Position numbers and translations under genes: made by a program. Source: Alphaproteobacteria bacterium (GTDB taxonomy: Bacteria; Pseudomonadota; Alphaproteobacteria; UBA6615). From it: DNA of 20,675 nt. A model generated the notes under the pieces. It did not search any database and was not told the origin of the DNA. It worked only from the letters and a program-made list of their open reading frames with translations. The stretch covers positions 1 to 20,675 of the forward strand of contig CBDHEC010000014.1 in the NCBI GenBank assembly GCA_965261975.1, written 5' to 3'. Numbering within the stretch: the stretch's first letter is position 1; the number at the start of each line of letters is the position of its first letter. Shown one piece after another: positions 1 to 8,488 of the stretch.

Positions 1-2565
1 CCCCGCCTCGAACAGCCGCATGATGGGAATGCAAAGGCCTTCCTCGAACACCTGGCCGCTGTCGGGATTGAAGCCGATGCCGCCTATGTCGACGACGTGG
101 ACGGTCGAGGCGAACAGGCCGATGAGCGATTCCTCCGCAAAGGCCGGTGTCACGACGGTGAAATCGAACAGGTGGCCGGTTCCGTGCCATGGGTCGTTGG
201 TCACGAAAACATCGCCGGGCCGCATGGTCTCGACCGGATATCGGCTGAGAAACTGTCCGACCGAGGCGGCCATGGCATTGACGTGCCCGGGCGTCCCCGT
301 GACGGCTTGCGCCAGCATCCGGCCTGCGGGATCGAAAATACCGGCGGAAAGATCGCCCGCCTCACGCACAGTCGTCGAGAAGGCGCTGCGGATGATAGCC
401 TGCGCCTGCTCTTCGACGATGGAAATCAGCCGGTCCCACAGAACCTGCCTGCGGATCCGGTCGGTCAGGCCTGTCCGCGCGCGGATCGCGTCCGTCTCCG
501 GATTTCGTATCACCAGCAGATCGCCGGACGGATTCCTCGAAACGCTCCAGTTTTTTGGCACGATTGTGGTCGTCTGGGCCTCCTGGACAATGACGGGACC
601 TGCCGTCTCCTGCCCGAGCGACGCGCGCTCCACCACAGCTGCATTGCTGCCCGACTGATCTCCCGGTTCATGCAGCAGCCGGGATGAGCCGATCGCTGCC
701 GCTTCGGCCGCGTCTCGGCTCGCTGCCGGCAACCGATCGTGCTGCTCGCGATTGCCGGTCACGGTCGCCGACCAGGTGAGGACTTCGATCTCCATGTCGG
801 GAACCAGCAGGCCGAAACGTGCCTGATAAGCTGCCTCGAAGGCCGTGCGGACCTGGTCGGCCAGCGTCGGGTCGAGCGGACCGTCGGGGAGCGCGATCTT
901 GATCTCGTGTCCCTGCCCGACATAACGCGCGTAACCGTGGCGTTCGACGGAAAGGTCCCCGTCCGGGACACCCAGGCGGACGACCGCCTCCGCCTCCTGC
1001 TGCATCAAGGTGAACAATTCGTCGAGAGCCTTCCAGTCCAGCGTGTCCAGCCGGGTGTAGAGACTGCGGACAACTTCATAGGCGACCGGCGCCAGCAGGA
1101 AGCCGATGGCCGAACCGACGCCGGCATCGGCCGGTATGATGATCTTGTCGATGCCGATCTTGTCGGCCAGCCGGACCGCGTGCAGCGGCGCGCCGCCGCC
1201 GAAGGCGATCATCGTCCTGCCCTCCAGATCGCTGCCGCGCTCGGCCGCATGGACGCGCGCCGCGCCGGCCATGTTCTCGTCGACGATCTCGATCAGCCCT
1301 TTGGCGGCCGTGACCGGATCCATGTTCAGGCGCTCGCCAATGTCGGCATCCAGGGCCTCTTGCGATGCGCCGGTGTCCAGGTCGAAACCGCCGCCGGCAA
1401 AAGTATCCGGATCGAGCCGTCCGAGCATCAGATTCGCGTCGGTCACCGTTGCCCGGTCGCCGCCACGGCCATAACAGGCGGGGCCCGGCTCCGAACCCGC
1501 ACTTTCCGGTCCGACCTGGATTCGATCCAGTTCGTCGACATGTGCAATCGATCCGCCACCGGCGCCGATCTCGACCATCTCGATCACCGGAATTTTCACC
1601 GGCGTGCCGCTGCCTTTCATGAAGCGGTGCGCCCGGTCGATCTCGAACTCGCGGCTCAGCGAGGGTTCGGCGTCGTCGATCAGGCAGATCTTTGCGGTCG
1701 TGCCCCCCATGTCGAAGGAAAGGACCCGGTCCTCGCCGAGCGTCCGCGCCATGTGCGCCGCCAGGATCGCGCCGCCGGCGGGGCCGGATTCGACAAGCCG
1801 GACCGGAAAGCGCGCTGCGGTTTCGATGGTCACGAGGCTGCCCGCGGACGTCATCAGCAGGCAGGGGCATCGGAAACCGGTTTCGCCGAGGCGTTTTTCC
1901 AGATCGCCGAGATAGCCGGCCATTTTCGGCTGGACATAGGCATTGGCGACGGTTGTCGATTGCCGCTCGTATTCCCTGATTTCAGGGCAGACATCGGACG
2001 AAACGGAGATCGAGAGGCGCGGCAGCGCCTGCCCCAGGATCGCGGCGACCCGTTGCTCGTGATCCGGGTTGGCATAGGCGTGTAGCAGTCCGACCGCGAC
2101 ACTCTCGACCCCTTCCGCTTCCAGAACGGGGATGGTCCTGCGCACCGAATCCTCATCCAGCGGCGTCAGGACATCGCCGCGGAAGTTCATGCGCTCGGCG
2201 ACCGGCAGCCGCAGCGCGCGCGCCACCAGCGGCGGCAGGCGATCGGCCTGGATATCGTACTGGTCGAAGCGGTTCTCGAAGGCCATCTCGAGCGAGTCGC
2301 GGTGGCCTTCGGTCGTGATCAGTGCCGTCTTCGCACCCTTTCGTTCGATCAGCGCGTTGGTCGCCAGTGTCGTGCCGTGCAGCATCAGGTCGACCGAACC
2401 CGCCTCGATACCGGCCTCGGCCAGGGCGGCCTCGACTCCGCGCATGAAGCCGACCGCCGGCTGTGATTGCGTGGTCAGGACCTTGGCGGTCGTGCGGACG
2501 CCATCGCGGTCGAGAACGATGTCGGTAAAGGTCCCGCCAATGTCAATTGCAAGTCTCGTCACCAC
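1..2565 (-). CDS. ATP-dependent hydantoinase/5-oxoprolinase family protein, fused A (HyuA) + B (HyuB) subunits; 3' end outside the window
   Basis: Segments translated by hand in one minus frame from GTG 2565 (AGGGG SD at 2576-2580): VVTRLAIDIGGTFTD, FMKGSGTPVKIPVIEMVEIGAGGGS, GPVIVQEAQTTTIVP (A-subunit motifs). The frame continues without a stop into QVLWDRLISIVEEQAQAIIRSAFSTTVREAGDLSAG...TGTPGHVNAM...HVVDIGG...EEGLCIP (B-subunit motifs). It is absent from the ORF track, consistent with no in-frame stop inside the window. Confidence 0.92.
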   Translation of the reverse strand, partial: MVTRLAIDIGGTFTDIVLDRDGVRTTAKVLTTQSQPAVGFMRGVEAALAEAGIEAGSVDLMLHGTTLATNALIERKGAKTALITTEGHRDSLEMAFENRFDQYDIQADRLPPLVARALRLPVAERMNFRGDVLTPLDEDSVRRTIPVLEAEGVESVAVGLLHAYANPDHEQRVAAILGQALPRLSISVSSDVCPEIREYERQSTTVANAYVQPKMAGYLGDLEKRLGETGFRCPCLLMTSAGSLVTIETAARFPVRLVESGPAGGAILAAHMARTLGEDRVLSFDMGGTTAKICLIDDAEPSLSREFEIDRAHRFMKGSGTPVKIPVIEMVEIGAGGGSIAHVDELDRIQVGPESAGSEPGPACYGRGGDRATVTDANLMLGRLDPDTFAGGGFDLDTGASQEALDADIGERLNMDPVTAAKGLIEIVDENMAGAARVHAAERGSDLEGRTMIAFGGGAPLHAVRLADKIGIDKIIIPADAGVGSAIGFLLAPVAYEVVRSLYTRLDTLDWKALDELFTLMQQEAEAVVRLGVPDGDLSVERHGYARYVGQGHEIKIALPDGPLDPTLADQVRTAFEAAYQARFGLLVPDMEIEVLTWSATVTGNREQHDRLPAASRDAAEAAAIGSSRLLHEPGDQSGSNAAVVERASLGQETAGPVIVQEAQTTTIVPKNWSVSRNPSGDLLVIRNPETDAIRARTGLTDRIRRQVLWDRLISIVEEQAQAIIRSAFSTTVREAGDLSAGIFDPAGRMLAQAVTGTPGHVNAMAASVGQFLSRYPVETMRPGDVFVTNDPWHGTGHLFDFTVVTPAFAEESLIGLFASTVHVVDIGGIGFNPDSGQVFEEGLCIPIMRLFEAG

Positions 2566-2679
2566 TGCTGGCCAGCCCCTGTCATGTCGTTCGGGTTGTT
2601 GAACCTGCACCCGTTTGCCGTTCAGATCAAAGCCGAAGGCTCCCCTGAAGCCTGCCTTTCACATGCAATCCGCCGATAT

Positions 2680-4062
2680 TCAGCGAAGCTCGTCCCAGAC
2701 CGCGTCCAGAGCCCTTTTGAAGATGGCCATCGCCTCGTCGATCTCGTCCTCCTCGATGATCAGCGGCGGCATGAAACTGATGCGGTCCGGCGGGATCGAT
2801 CGCAGATAAAGTCCGCGTTCGTGCGCAGCATCCTGGACCCGGGCGCCCACCTTCAGATCAGGTTCGAACGGCACGCGCGCGGCCTTGTCGGCCATCAGCT
2901 GGAACCCGCAGAACAGGCCGATACCGCGGACATCGCCGACCAGCGGATGGTCGGCAAGCATATCGCAGTGCTCCAGGAAGCGTTTCGAGATCCGCCGGAC
3001 ATGGCCGATCAGGTCGATGTCCCGATAGATCTGCAGCGCTTCCAGCGCCACCGCCGCACCGACCGGATGGCCGGAATAGGTGAACCCGTGGCCGAACGTG
3101 CCGGTGTCGTCGCTGTTGCGCATCATGTCCCGGAAGAAATCTTCCCGGATCATCAGCGCCGACATCGGAAAGAACGCCGCCGTCAGCGCTTTGGCGCAGG
3201 ATGTGGAATCCGGCTGGAGGCCGAATGCCTGCGCGCCCCACATGTGCCCGGTGCGCCCGAAACCGCAGACGACCTCGTCGACATGGAAGTGGATATCGTA
3301 TTTGCGGATGACCGCCTGCATCGCCTCCCAGTAGCCCTTCGGCGGGCGGATCGCGCCGCCGCCGGATTGCATCGGTTCGGCAAAAAACGCCGCGATGGTG
3401 TCGGGGCCCTCGGTCAGGACAAGATCCTCGAACTCTTCGGCCATGCGCGCCGAGAACTCTTCCTCCGATTCGCCGTCGCGATGCGCCAGGTAGTAGTTCG
3501 GTGTCGAAAGCTTGGGGAACTCGTCGAGTGCAAGCCCGAAATTGGCATGCATGTGCGGTTGGCCCGACGCGCTCACCGCCGCGATGGTGCTGCCGTAATA
3601 ACCGCGCCAGCGTGAAACGATCTTTCGCCGCGCCGGCTGGCCGCGCGCGATGTTCCGGTACCACAGCAGCTTGATGATGGTGTCGTTGGCCTCCGAGCCG
3701 GAACACTGGAAAATCGCACGGTCCATCGGCGCCGCCGCCATCGCGGTCAGCCGCTTTGACAGTTCGGCGATCTTCGGATGCGAGCGTCCATAAAAACTCG
3801 GCGCGAAGGGCAGCGTCTCCATCTGCCGCCTGGCGGCCTCGGCCAGCCTGTCATTGTGATACCCGAGCGAGACGCAGCCCAGCCCGGAAAATCCGTCGAT
3901 CAGCTCGCGCCCGTCATCGGTCGTGAAACGGACGCCCTGCCCGCGGGTGACCATGACCGCAGGGCCCGTCTCGCTTTGCAGCCGCAGATCGGTCTGGCCG
4001 TGAATGTGATGATCGCGGTCACTGGCGTGGAGCGCACGATGTGCGGAGACACTCGCTTCCAT
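2680..4062 (-). CDS. Class-III PLP-dependent aminotransferase (omega-amino acid/amine:pyruvate transaminase type)
   Basis: Motifs IDGFSGLGCVSLGY, SGSEAND, AFFAEPMQ, DEVVCGFGRTG, CAKALT (PLP lysine), HGFTYSGHP, VRGIGL, PPLII. ATG 4062 with a GGGGGA SD is preferred over 4221, which overlaps the divergent LysR. Confidence 0.93.
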   Translation of the reverse strand: MEASVSAHRALHASDRDHHIHGQTDLRLQSETGPAVMVTRGQGVRFTTDDGRELIDGFSGLGCVSLGYHNDRLAEAARRQMETLPFAPSFYGRSHPKIAELSKRLTAMAAAPMDRAIFQCSGSEANDTIIKLLWYRNIARGQPARRKIVSRWRGYYGSTIAAVSASGQPHMHANFGLALDEFPKLSTPNYYLAHRDGESEEEFSARMAEEFEDLVLTEGPDTIAAFFAEPMQSGGGAIRPPKGYWEAMQAVIRKYDIHFHVDEVVCGFGRTGHMWGAQAFGLQPDSTSCAKALTAAFFPMSALMIREDFFRDMMRNSDDTGTFGHGFTYSGHPVGAAVALEALQIYRDIDLIGHVRRISKRFLEHCDMLADHPLVGDVRGIGLFCGFQLMADKAARVPFEPDLKVGARVQDAAHERGLYLRSIPPDRISFMPPLIIEEDEIDEAMAIFKRALDAVWDELR

Positions 4063-4152
4063 AACCGTTTCCCCCGAATTTCCGACCCCATTCGAGGCTT
4101 GACTCTTTCGAACCCCTTGATGAATCTCAATGTCGAAATCAGCTAATTTTGG

Positions 4153-4165
4153 TGAATTCTCTTCA
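4153..4165. promoter_or_regulatory. LysR-type operator TGAA-N5-TTCA (MetR-like T-N11-A site)
   Basis: TGAATTCTCTTCA lies in the divergent intergenic region, immediately before the LysR start. It matches the dyad described for MetR sites. Confidence 0.6.
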
Positions 4166-4169
4166 GTCA

Positions 4170-5099
4170 ATGAGCATGAATTTCCCGCTGCTGGATCTGC
4201 GGCACTACCAGATGATTGCAATGCTTGCGAAGACGCCCCGCGTGACCGATGCGGCGGATCGGCTCGGCATCACGCCATCGGCCCTGTCGCACCGGATCCG
4301 CGAGGCCGAGCGCAGGCTCGGCGTGCCGCTGTTCAGCCGGTCGCACAAGCGGCTGCGAATGACGGCGGCGGCCGAGCATCTGGCCCAGGTCGCCGAGCGG
4401 CTGATCGCCGATCTGGTGCGTGCCGAGCACGATGCCGAGCGCATGGGGCACGGCGTCAGGCATGTCGTCCGGCTGGCGGTCGAGGCCTACAGTTCCTATC
4501 ACTGGCTTCCGGGATTCCTGCAGCATCTCAGGCGCGCGCTGCCCGATGTCGGCATTCAGGTCGTCGCGGCGGCGGCCAGGTCGCCGCTGGGGAGCCTTGC
4601 GGACCATACGGTCGACCTGATCATCCTGTCCGGCGAAAACACGGCATCGCGGCTGGAGACCGTACATCTGTTCGACGACGAACTGCTTTTCATCATGCCG
4701 CCCGATCACCGGCTGGCCGGCAAACCCTGCATCGAGGCCGGCGACATCGTCGGCGAGGATTTCATCACCTATACCCGCATACCGGAACCGGACCGCGAAT
4801 ACGCCAAACTGTTCCGCCCCAACGATGCCTATCCCAACTGGACCGAAACCGTGGAACTGCCCGAAGCCATCGTCGAGATGGTCGCGGCCGGACTCGGCAC
4901 ATCGGTCCTGGCCGGCTGGGCTGTCGGCGGCGCGATCCGTTCCGGCAGGATCGTCGGCAGCCGGGTCGGACCGGATGGCGTCTCGGTTCCGTGGTTCGCG
5001 GTCATCCGCCCGGACACCGCGTCTGAAGATCAGATCACCCGGCAGGTCGCCGGCATTCTCGCCGAATGGTGCGCCGAGACCGATGGATTCAGAACCTGA
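4170..5099 (+). CDS. LysR family transcriptional regulator, MetR-like substrate-binding domain
   Basis: HTH: AADRLGITPSALSHRIREAERRLGVPLFSR. LAVEAYSSYHWLP and ELPEAIVEMVAAGLGTSVLAGWAV resemble the MetR subfamily. Start is ATG 4170 or 4176. Confidence 0.92.
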   Translation: MSMNFPLLDLRHYQMIAMLAKTPRVTDAADRLGITPSALSHRIREAERRLGVPLFSRSHKRLRMTAAAEHLAQVAERLIADLVRAEHDAERMGHGVRHVVRLAVEAYSSYHWLPGFLQHLRRALPDVGIQVVAAAARSPLGSLADHTVDLIILSGENTASRLETVHLFDDELLFIMPPDHRLAGKPCIEAGDIVGEDFITYTRIPEPDREYAKLFRPNDAYPNWTETVELPEAIVEMVAAGLGTSVLAGWAVGGAIRSGRIVGSRVGPDGVSVPWFAVIRPDTASEDQITRQVAGILAEWCAETDGFRT

Positions 5100-5113
5100 C
5101 GGAGAGGGCAGGC

Positions 5114-5983
5114 ATGAAGGTGTGTTTTGTTGGCCTCGGCACGATGGGATTGCCGATGGCCCTGCGGCTGAGCGAACAGGGATTCGATGTCGCCGGCTGG
5201 GATGCGTCTGCCGATGCCGGTCTTGGAGTTGCGAACCGCTGCGATACTTTGGCGGGCGCTGCCGACGGCGCCGATACGATCATCACGATGTTGCCTGAAA
5301 GCAGCCACGTCGCGGAGGTCCAGGGCACCATCCGCAGCTTGAATCATCCGGCCCGACGCATTTTCATCGACAGTTCCACCATCGACGTGACGGCGACGCG
5401 GGAGCTGGCCGCGCAGGCCAGACAGGACGGACACGGTTTTGTCGACGCACCGGTTTCGGGCGGTGCCGAGGGTGCCCGCGCGGGCTCGCTCAGCTTCATG
5501 CTCGGCGGCGATGCGGCCGACATCGAGACGATAATGCCGGTACTGCGGGCAATGGGCAGCAAGATCGCGCATTTCGGCGAAACCGGCGCCGGCCAGGCCG
5601 CCAAGGCCTGCCACAACATGATTTGCGGCATCACGGCGCTCGGCGTGTGCGAGGCGTTCGCGCTCGCAGACGCGCTTGGGTTGGATCAGCAGAAATTCTT
5701 CGATCTCTGCGCCGGCGCGGCGGCCCAAAGCTGGATCCTGGAAAACCGATGCCCGGTGCCGGGACCCGCGCTCGGCGCACCGGCCTCGAACGATTATGCG
5801 CCGGGATTCGCGGCGCGGCTGATGGCCAAGGACCTGCGTCTCGCCCAGGCCGCCGCCGATGCATCGGGCCAGCCGACCCCGTTCGGCGCTAAAGCCGCGC
5901 GGCGCTTCACCGAATTTGCCAAAGACTCCGATGCCGGCGATCTGGATTTTTCCGCCATCTACCGGACGATCCGCATTCCCTGA
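5114..5983 (+). CDS. mmsB: 3-hydroxyisobutyrate dehydrogenase-like (beta-hydroxyacid dehydrogenase)
   Basis: GLGTMGLPMA Rossmann motif, IDSSTID, DAPVSGG, GAGQAAKACHNM (catalytic Lys), and the MmsB-type CPVPGP...PASNDYAPGF...LMAKDL segment. GGAGAGG SD precedes ATG 5114. Confidence 0.85.
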   Translation: MKVCFVGLGTMGLPMALRLSEQGFDVAGWDASADAGLGVANRCDTLAGAADGADTIITMLPESSHVAEVQGTIRSLNHPARRIFIDSSTIDVTATRELAAQARQDGHGFVDAPVSGGAEGARAGSLSFMLGGDAADIETIMPVLRAMGSKIAHFGETGAGQAAKACHNMICGITALGVCEAFALADALGLDQQKFFDLCAGAAAQSWILENRCPVPGPALGAPASNDYAPGFAARLMAKDLRLAQAAADASGQPTPFGAKAARRFTEFAKDSDAGDLDFSAIYRTIRIP

Positions 5984-6010
5984 TACTGAAACGGTCGCTC
6001 GGTCCTCTCA

Positions 6011-6916
6011 TCATTCGTGCAGTTCGCCCTGGATTTCGGGTTTCAGGACCAGCAGCTCCTCCGTCAGCAGGTCGACAAAACGCCTGACCCGGACGGCGCG
6101 GCGCAGGTCCGAGTGCAGCAGGATGAAGAAGCTGCGGTCGAACTCCAGCCGGTTTCCCTCGATCGGTACCCACTCGAGACTGCCCCTGGCCAGCAACGGC
6201 ATGGTCCTGACAATGCCAAATCCGCGCCGCGCGAGGCTGAGCTGCATGACGTGGTCCATGGTGGCATGGCGGACTTCGGCCAGCGGCAGCGGGCTTTGTG
6301 TTGCCCAGGCCGGATGCCGGTTGATCTCGTCCCAGCCAAGCAGATGCAGCCCTTCTCCCCTCGGTCCTGCCTTTGGCATGTAGCGGTCCAGGTAATCGCG
6401 GCTTGCGTAGTATCCGAGTGCCAGCGGATAGAGCTTGCGCGCAACGACATCGTCGGTCACCTCGTGCGTGACTCTCAGCGAGACATCCGTCTCCAGGCGG
6501 TTGATGTCCTCCATCCGGTCGCTGACGTGGATATCGATATCGATGCCGGGATATCTGTCGAAGAATTTCAGCAGGATCGGCGCCACGACCTCGTAGGCCA
6601 TGGTGCCGGTCAGCGAAAACCGTAAGGATCCGGTCTCCTGACGGTCCAGCCCGGTCAATCTCTGCTGCGCGCCCAGGAACAGTTCCTCGGCCTGCTGGGC
6701 GACCGGCAGCAGCAGTTCCCCGGCTTCGGTCAGCTCGATGCCGCCGCGGGTGCGTCGCAGCAGCTGCATGCCATAGGACGTTTCCAGCGCCAGCAGGTGC
6801 CGGTTGATCTTGGCATGGGTCGTCCCCAGCGCCTCCGCCGCCGCCCGCAAGCTGCCGCTGCGGGCCACGGCAAGGAAATACGGCATCTGTTCCCAGTTCG
6901 TGACAACGACATTCAT
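6011..6916 (-). CDS. LysR family transcriptional regulator
   Basis: NWEQMPYFLAVARSGSLRAAAEALGTTHAKINRHLLALE...LTEAGE HTH; C-terminal HSDLRRAVRVRRFVD; divergent from the dehalogenase gene. Confidence 0.93.
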   Translation of the reverse strand: MNVVVTNWEQMPYFLAVARSGSLRAAAEALGTTHAKINRHLLALETSYGMQLLRRTRGGIELTEAGELLLPVAQQAEELFLGAQQRLTGLDRQETGSLRFSLTGTMAYEVVAPILLKFFDRYPGIDIDIHVSDRMEDINRLETDVSLRVTHEVTDDVVARKLYPLALGYYASRDYLDRYMPKAGPRGEGLHLLGWDEINRHPAWATQSPLPLAEVRHATMDHVMQLSLARRGFGIVRTMPLLARGSLEWVPIEGNRLEFDRSFFILLHSDLRRAVRVRRFVDLLTEELLVLKPEIQGELHE

Positions 6917-6935
6917 CGGACATCCTCATCGCTGA

Positions 6936-6955
6936 GTGGTTCGAATTCGACCCAC
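6936..6955. promoter_or_regulatory. Near-perfect 20-bp palindrome, candidate operator
   Basis: GTGGTTCGAATTCGACCCAC (one mismatched pair) in the LysR/dehalogenase divergent intergenic region. Confidence 0.45.
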
Positions 6956-7030
6956 CATGGCGCGAATGATCATCTATCTGGGTCGAAAATGGAAGCCTAT
7001 TGAACAGGGACCAGCCAACAGGAGGTCCCG

Positions 7031-7984
7031 ATGAAACGCAGATCCTTTCTCAAACTGGGCGGCGCGGCCATGGCATTCGCCAGCCTGAACCCCACAATCC
7101 TCAGGGCGAACAGCCAGGCGGCGCTGCCTAAGAAGAGAATGACCGTCCTCGGCCAGCGGATCGCCTATTCCGATCAGGGCCAGGGGCGTCCTGTCGTGTT
7201 TCTTCACGGCAATCCGGCGTCCTCCTATCTCTGGCGCAACATCATCCCGCATGTCAGCGGAAACCACCGTGCGATTGCGCCGGATCTGATCGGCATGGGC
7301 GACAGCGACAAGCCGCCGATGAAAGAGACCTATCAGGATTCGCGTGCCTATCTTTTTGCCTTCCTCGATGCGCTGGACCTCGAGGATGCCGTCCTCGTCA
7401 TCCATGACTGGGGTTCGTGCCTTGGCTGGGAATATGCCCGCAGCCGGCCGGAACGGATCTCCGCGATCTGTTTCATGGAGGCGATGTCCCCGCCCTTCAT
7501 GCCGATCACCAGCTACGCGGCACTGGGCCCGTTCGAGGAGTTCATCCGCAACATCAACACGCCCGGCGTCGGCGAAGAGATGATCCTGAACCAGAACATC
7601 TTCCTCGATCAGTTCATGCGCCACGGCAGCCCGCAGGGCCCGCTGCCGGATACGGTCATGGCCGAGTACAACCGTTACTATCCGACGCCGGAAAGCCGGC
7701 AGATCCTGTTGGACTGGCCGCGCGAGATTCCGATTGCCGGCAATCCCGCCGACGTTCACGCCGTGGTTCAGGCCAACAGCGACTGGCTGCTGACGACAGG
7801 TTTCCCGAAGCTGATGTTCCACGTTGACCCCGGCGCGATCATCAACATGGAGACCGCCGCCTATCTCACCCGGAACCTGCAGAATCTCGAGACCGTCTTC
7901 CTCGGTGCCGGCAGCCATTTCCTGCAGGAGGAATACCCCGAGCAGATCGGCCGGGGCCTGGCCGAATGGCTGACCCGCATCTGA
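7031..7984 (+). CDS. Haloalkane dehalogenase (HLD-II, DhaA/LinB-like) with N-terminal twin-arginine signal peptide
   Basis: FLHGNPASSYLWRNIIP, APDLIGMGDSDKP, IHDWG (nucleophile Asp + halide Trp), FMEA (acid Glu), WPREIPIAG, SHFLQE (base His). N-terminus MKRRSFLKLGGAAMAFA...SQAA fits a Tat signal. GGAGG SD present. Confidence 0.92.
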   Translation: MKRRSFLKLGGAAMAFASLNPTILRANSQAALPKKRMTVLGQRIAYSDQGQGRPVVFLHGNPASSYLWRNIIPHVSGNHRAIAPDLIGMGDSDKPPMKETYQDSRAYLFAFLDALDLEDAVLVIHDWGSCLGWEYARSRPERISAICFMEAMSPPFMPITSYAALGPFEEFIRNINTPGVGEEMILNQNIFLDQFMRHGSPQGPLPDTVMAEYNRYYPTPESRQILLDWPREIPIAGNPADVHAVVQANSDWLLTTGFPKLMFHVDPGAIINMETAAYLTRNLQNLETVFLGAGSHFLQEEYPEQIGRGLAEWLTRI

Positions 7985-8027
7985 CGCGCAGCCATTTCAA
8001 CCGTCCGAAAACAGAAAGGATCCAACG

Positions 8028-8432
8028 ATGTTACGTGCCGCACAAGTCGCCGCCGGGCTGATTGCCCTGGTCTTTGCCGGCTTCTCGATTCTCTACATTT
8101 TCAGTCCGCTGGGCGCGAGCGCCGCGAACAGCCTCGATCCGATCGGCGAGAGCGGCATGACGAACATGCGCGCGCTGGCCGCGCCGCTTCTGGCGATGGG
8201 ATTGATGGCGGCGATCGGGGCCGTCAAGAAGAACGCGATCTTCCTTGCACCCGCCGCGCTCTATTTCCTCTTCTCCATCGTCATCCGCGTTTCCGGCCTG
8301 ATTGTCGACGGTGCCGGCGGGAGCACGGTTCGCGGCATCGTCGTCCCCATCGTTCTGTTCGCGATCGCCGAGTTCGCGATGTTCGTGTTCCGGCGCGCCT
8401 CCAACGGCGAAGCGGCTTTGCAGCCCGCCTGA
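8028..8432 (+). CDS. Small four-TM membrane protein, DUF4345-like
   Basis: Four hydrophobic segments; NMRA and RVSGLIVDG motifs recall DUF4345; AAGGA SD; 43 bp after the dehalogenase. Confidence 0.7.
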   Translation: MLRAAQVAAGLIALVFAGFSILYIFSPLGASAANSLDPIGESGMTNMRALAAPLLAMGLMAAIGAVKKNAIFLAPAALYFLFSIVIRVSGLIVDGAGGSTVRGIVVPIVLFAIAEFAMFVFRRASNGEAALQPA

Positions 8433-8488
8433 GAAAACGTGGCGCGTTTTCGCGCCATTCACTCCAACCGCAGACCCCGGAGCGCGTC

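Noticed and set aside
20-3615. Long plus-strand ORFs (20-658, 97-687, 739-2085, 2467-3615)
   Set aside because: Antisense shadows of the oxoprolinase fusion and transaminase, expected in high-GC DNA; no recognisable motifs.
4063-4221. 53-aa N-terminal extension of the transaminase in the ORF track
   Set aside because: Overlaps the divergent LysR and its operator; ATG 4062 has a good SD and gives a normal length.
4170-5099. Calling this gene metR
   Set aside because: Only subfamily resemblance; no methionine genes nearby and the usual ECHSC motif reads EAYSS.
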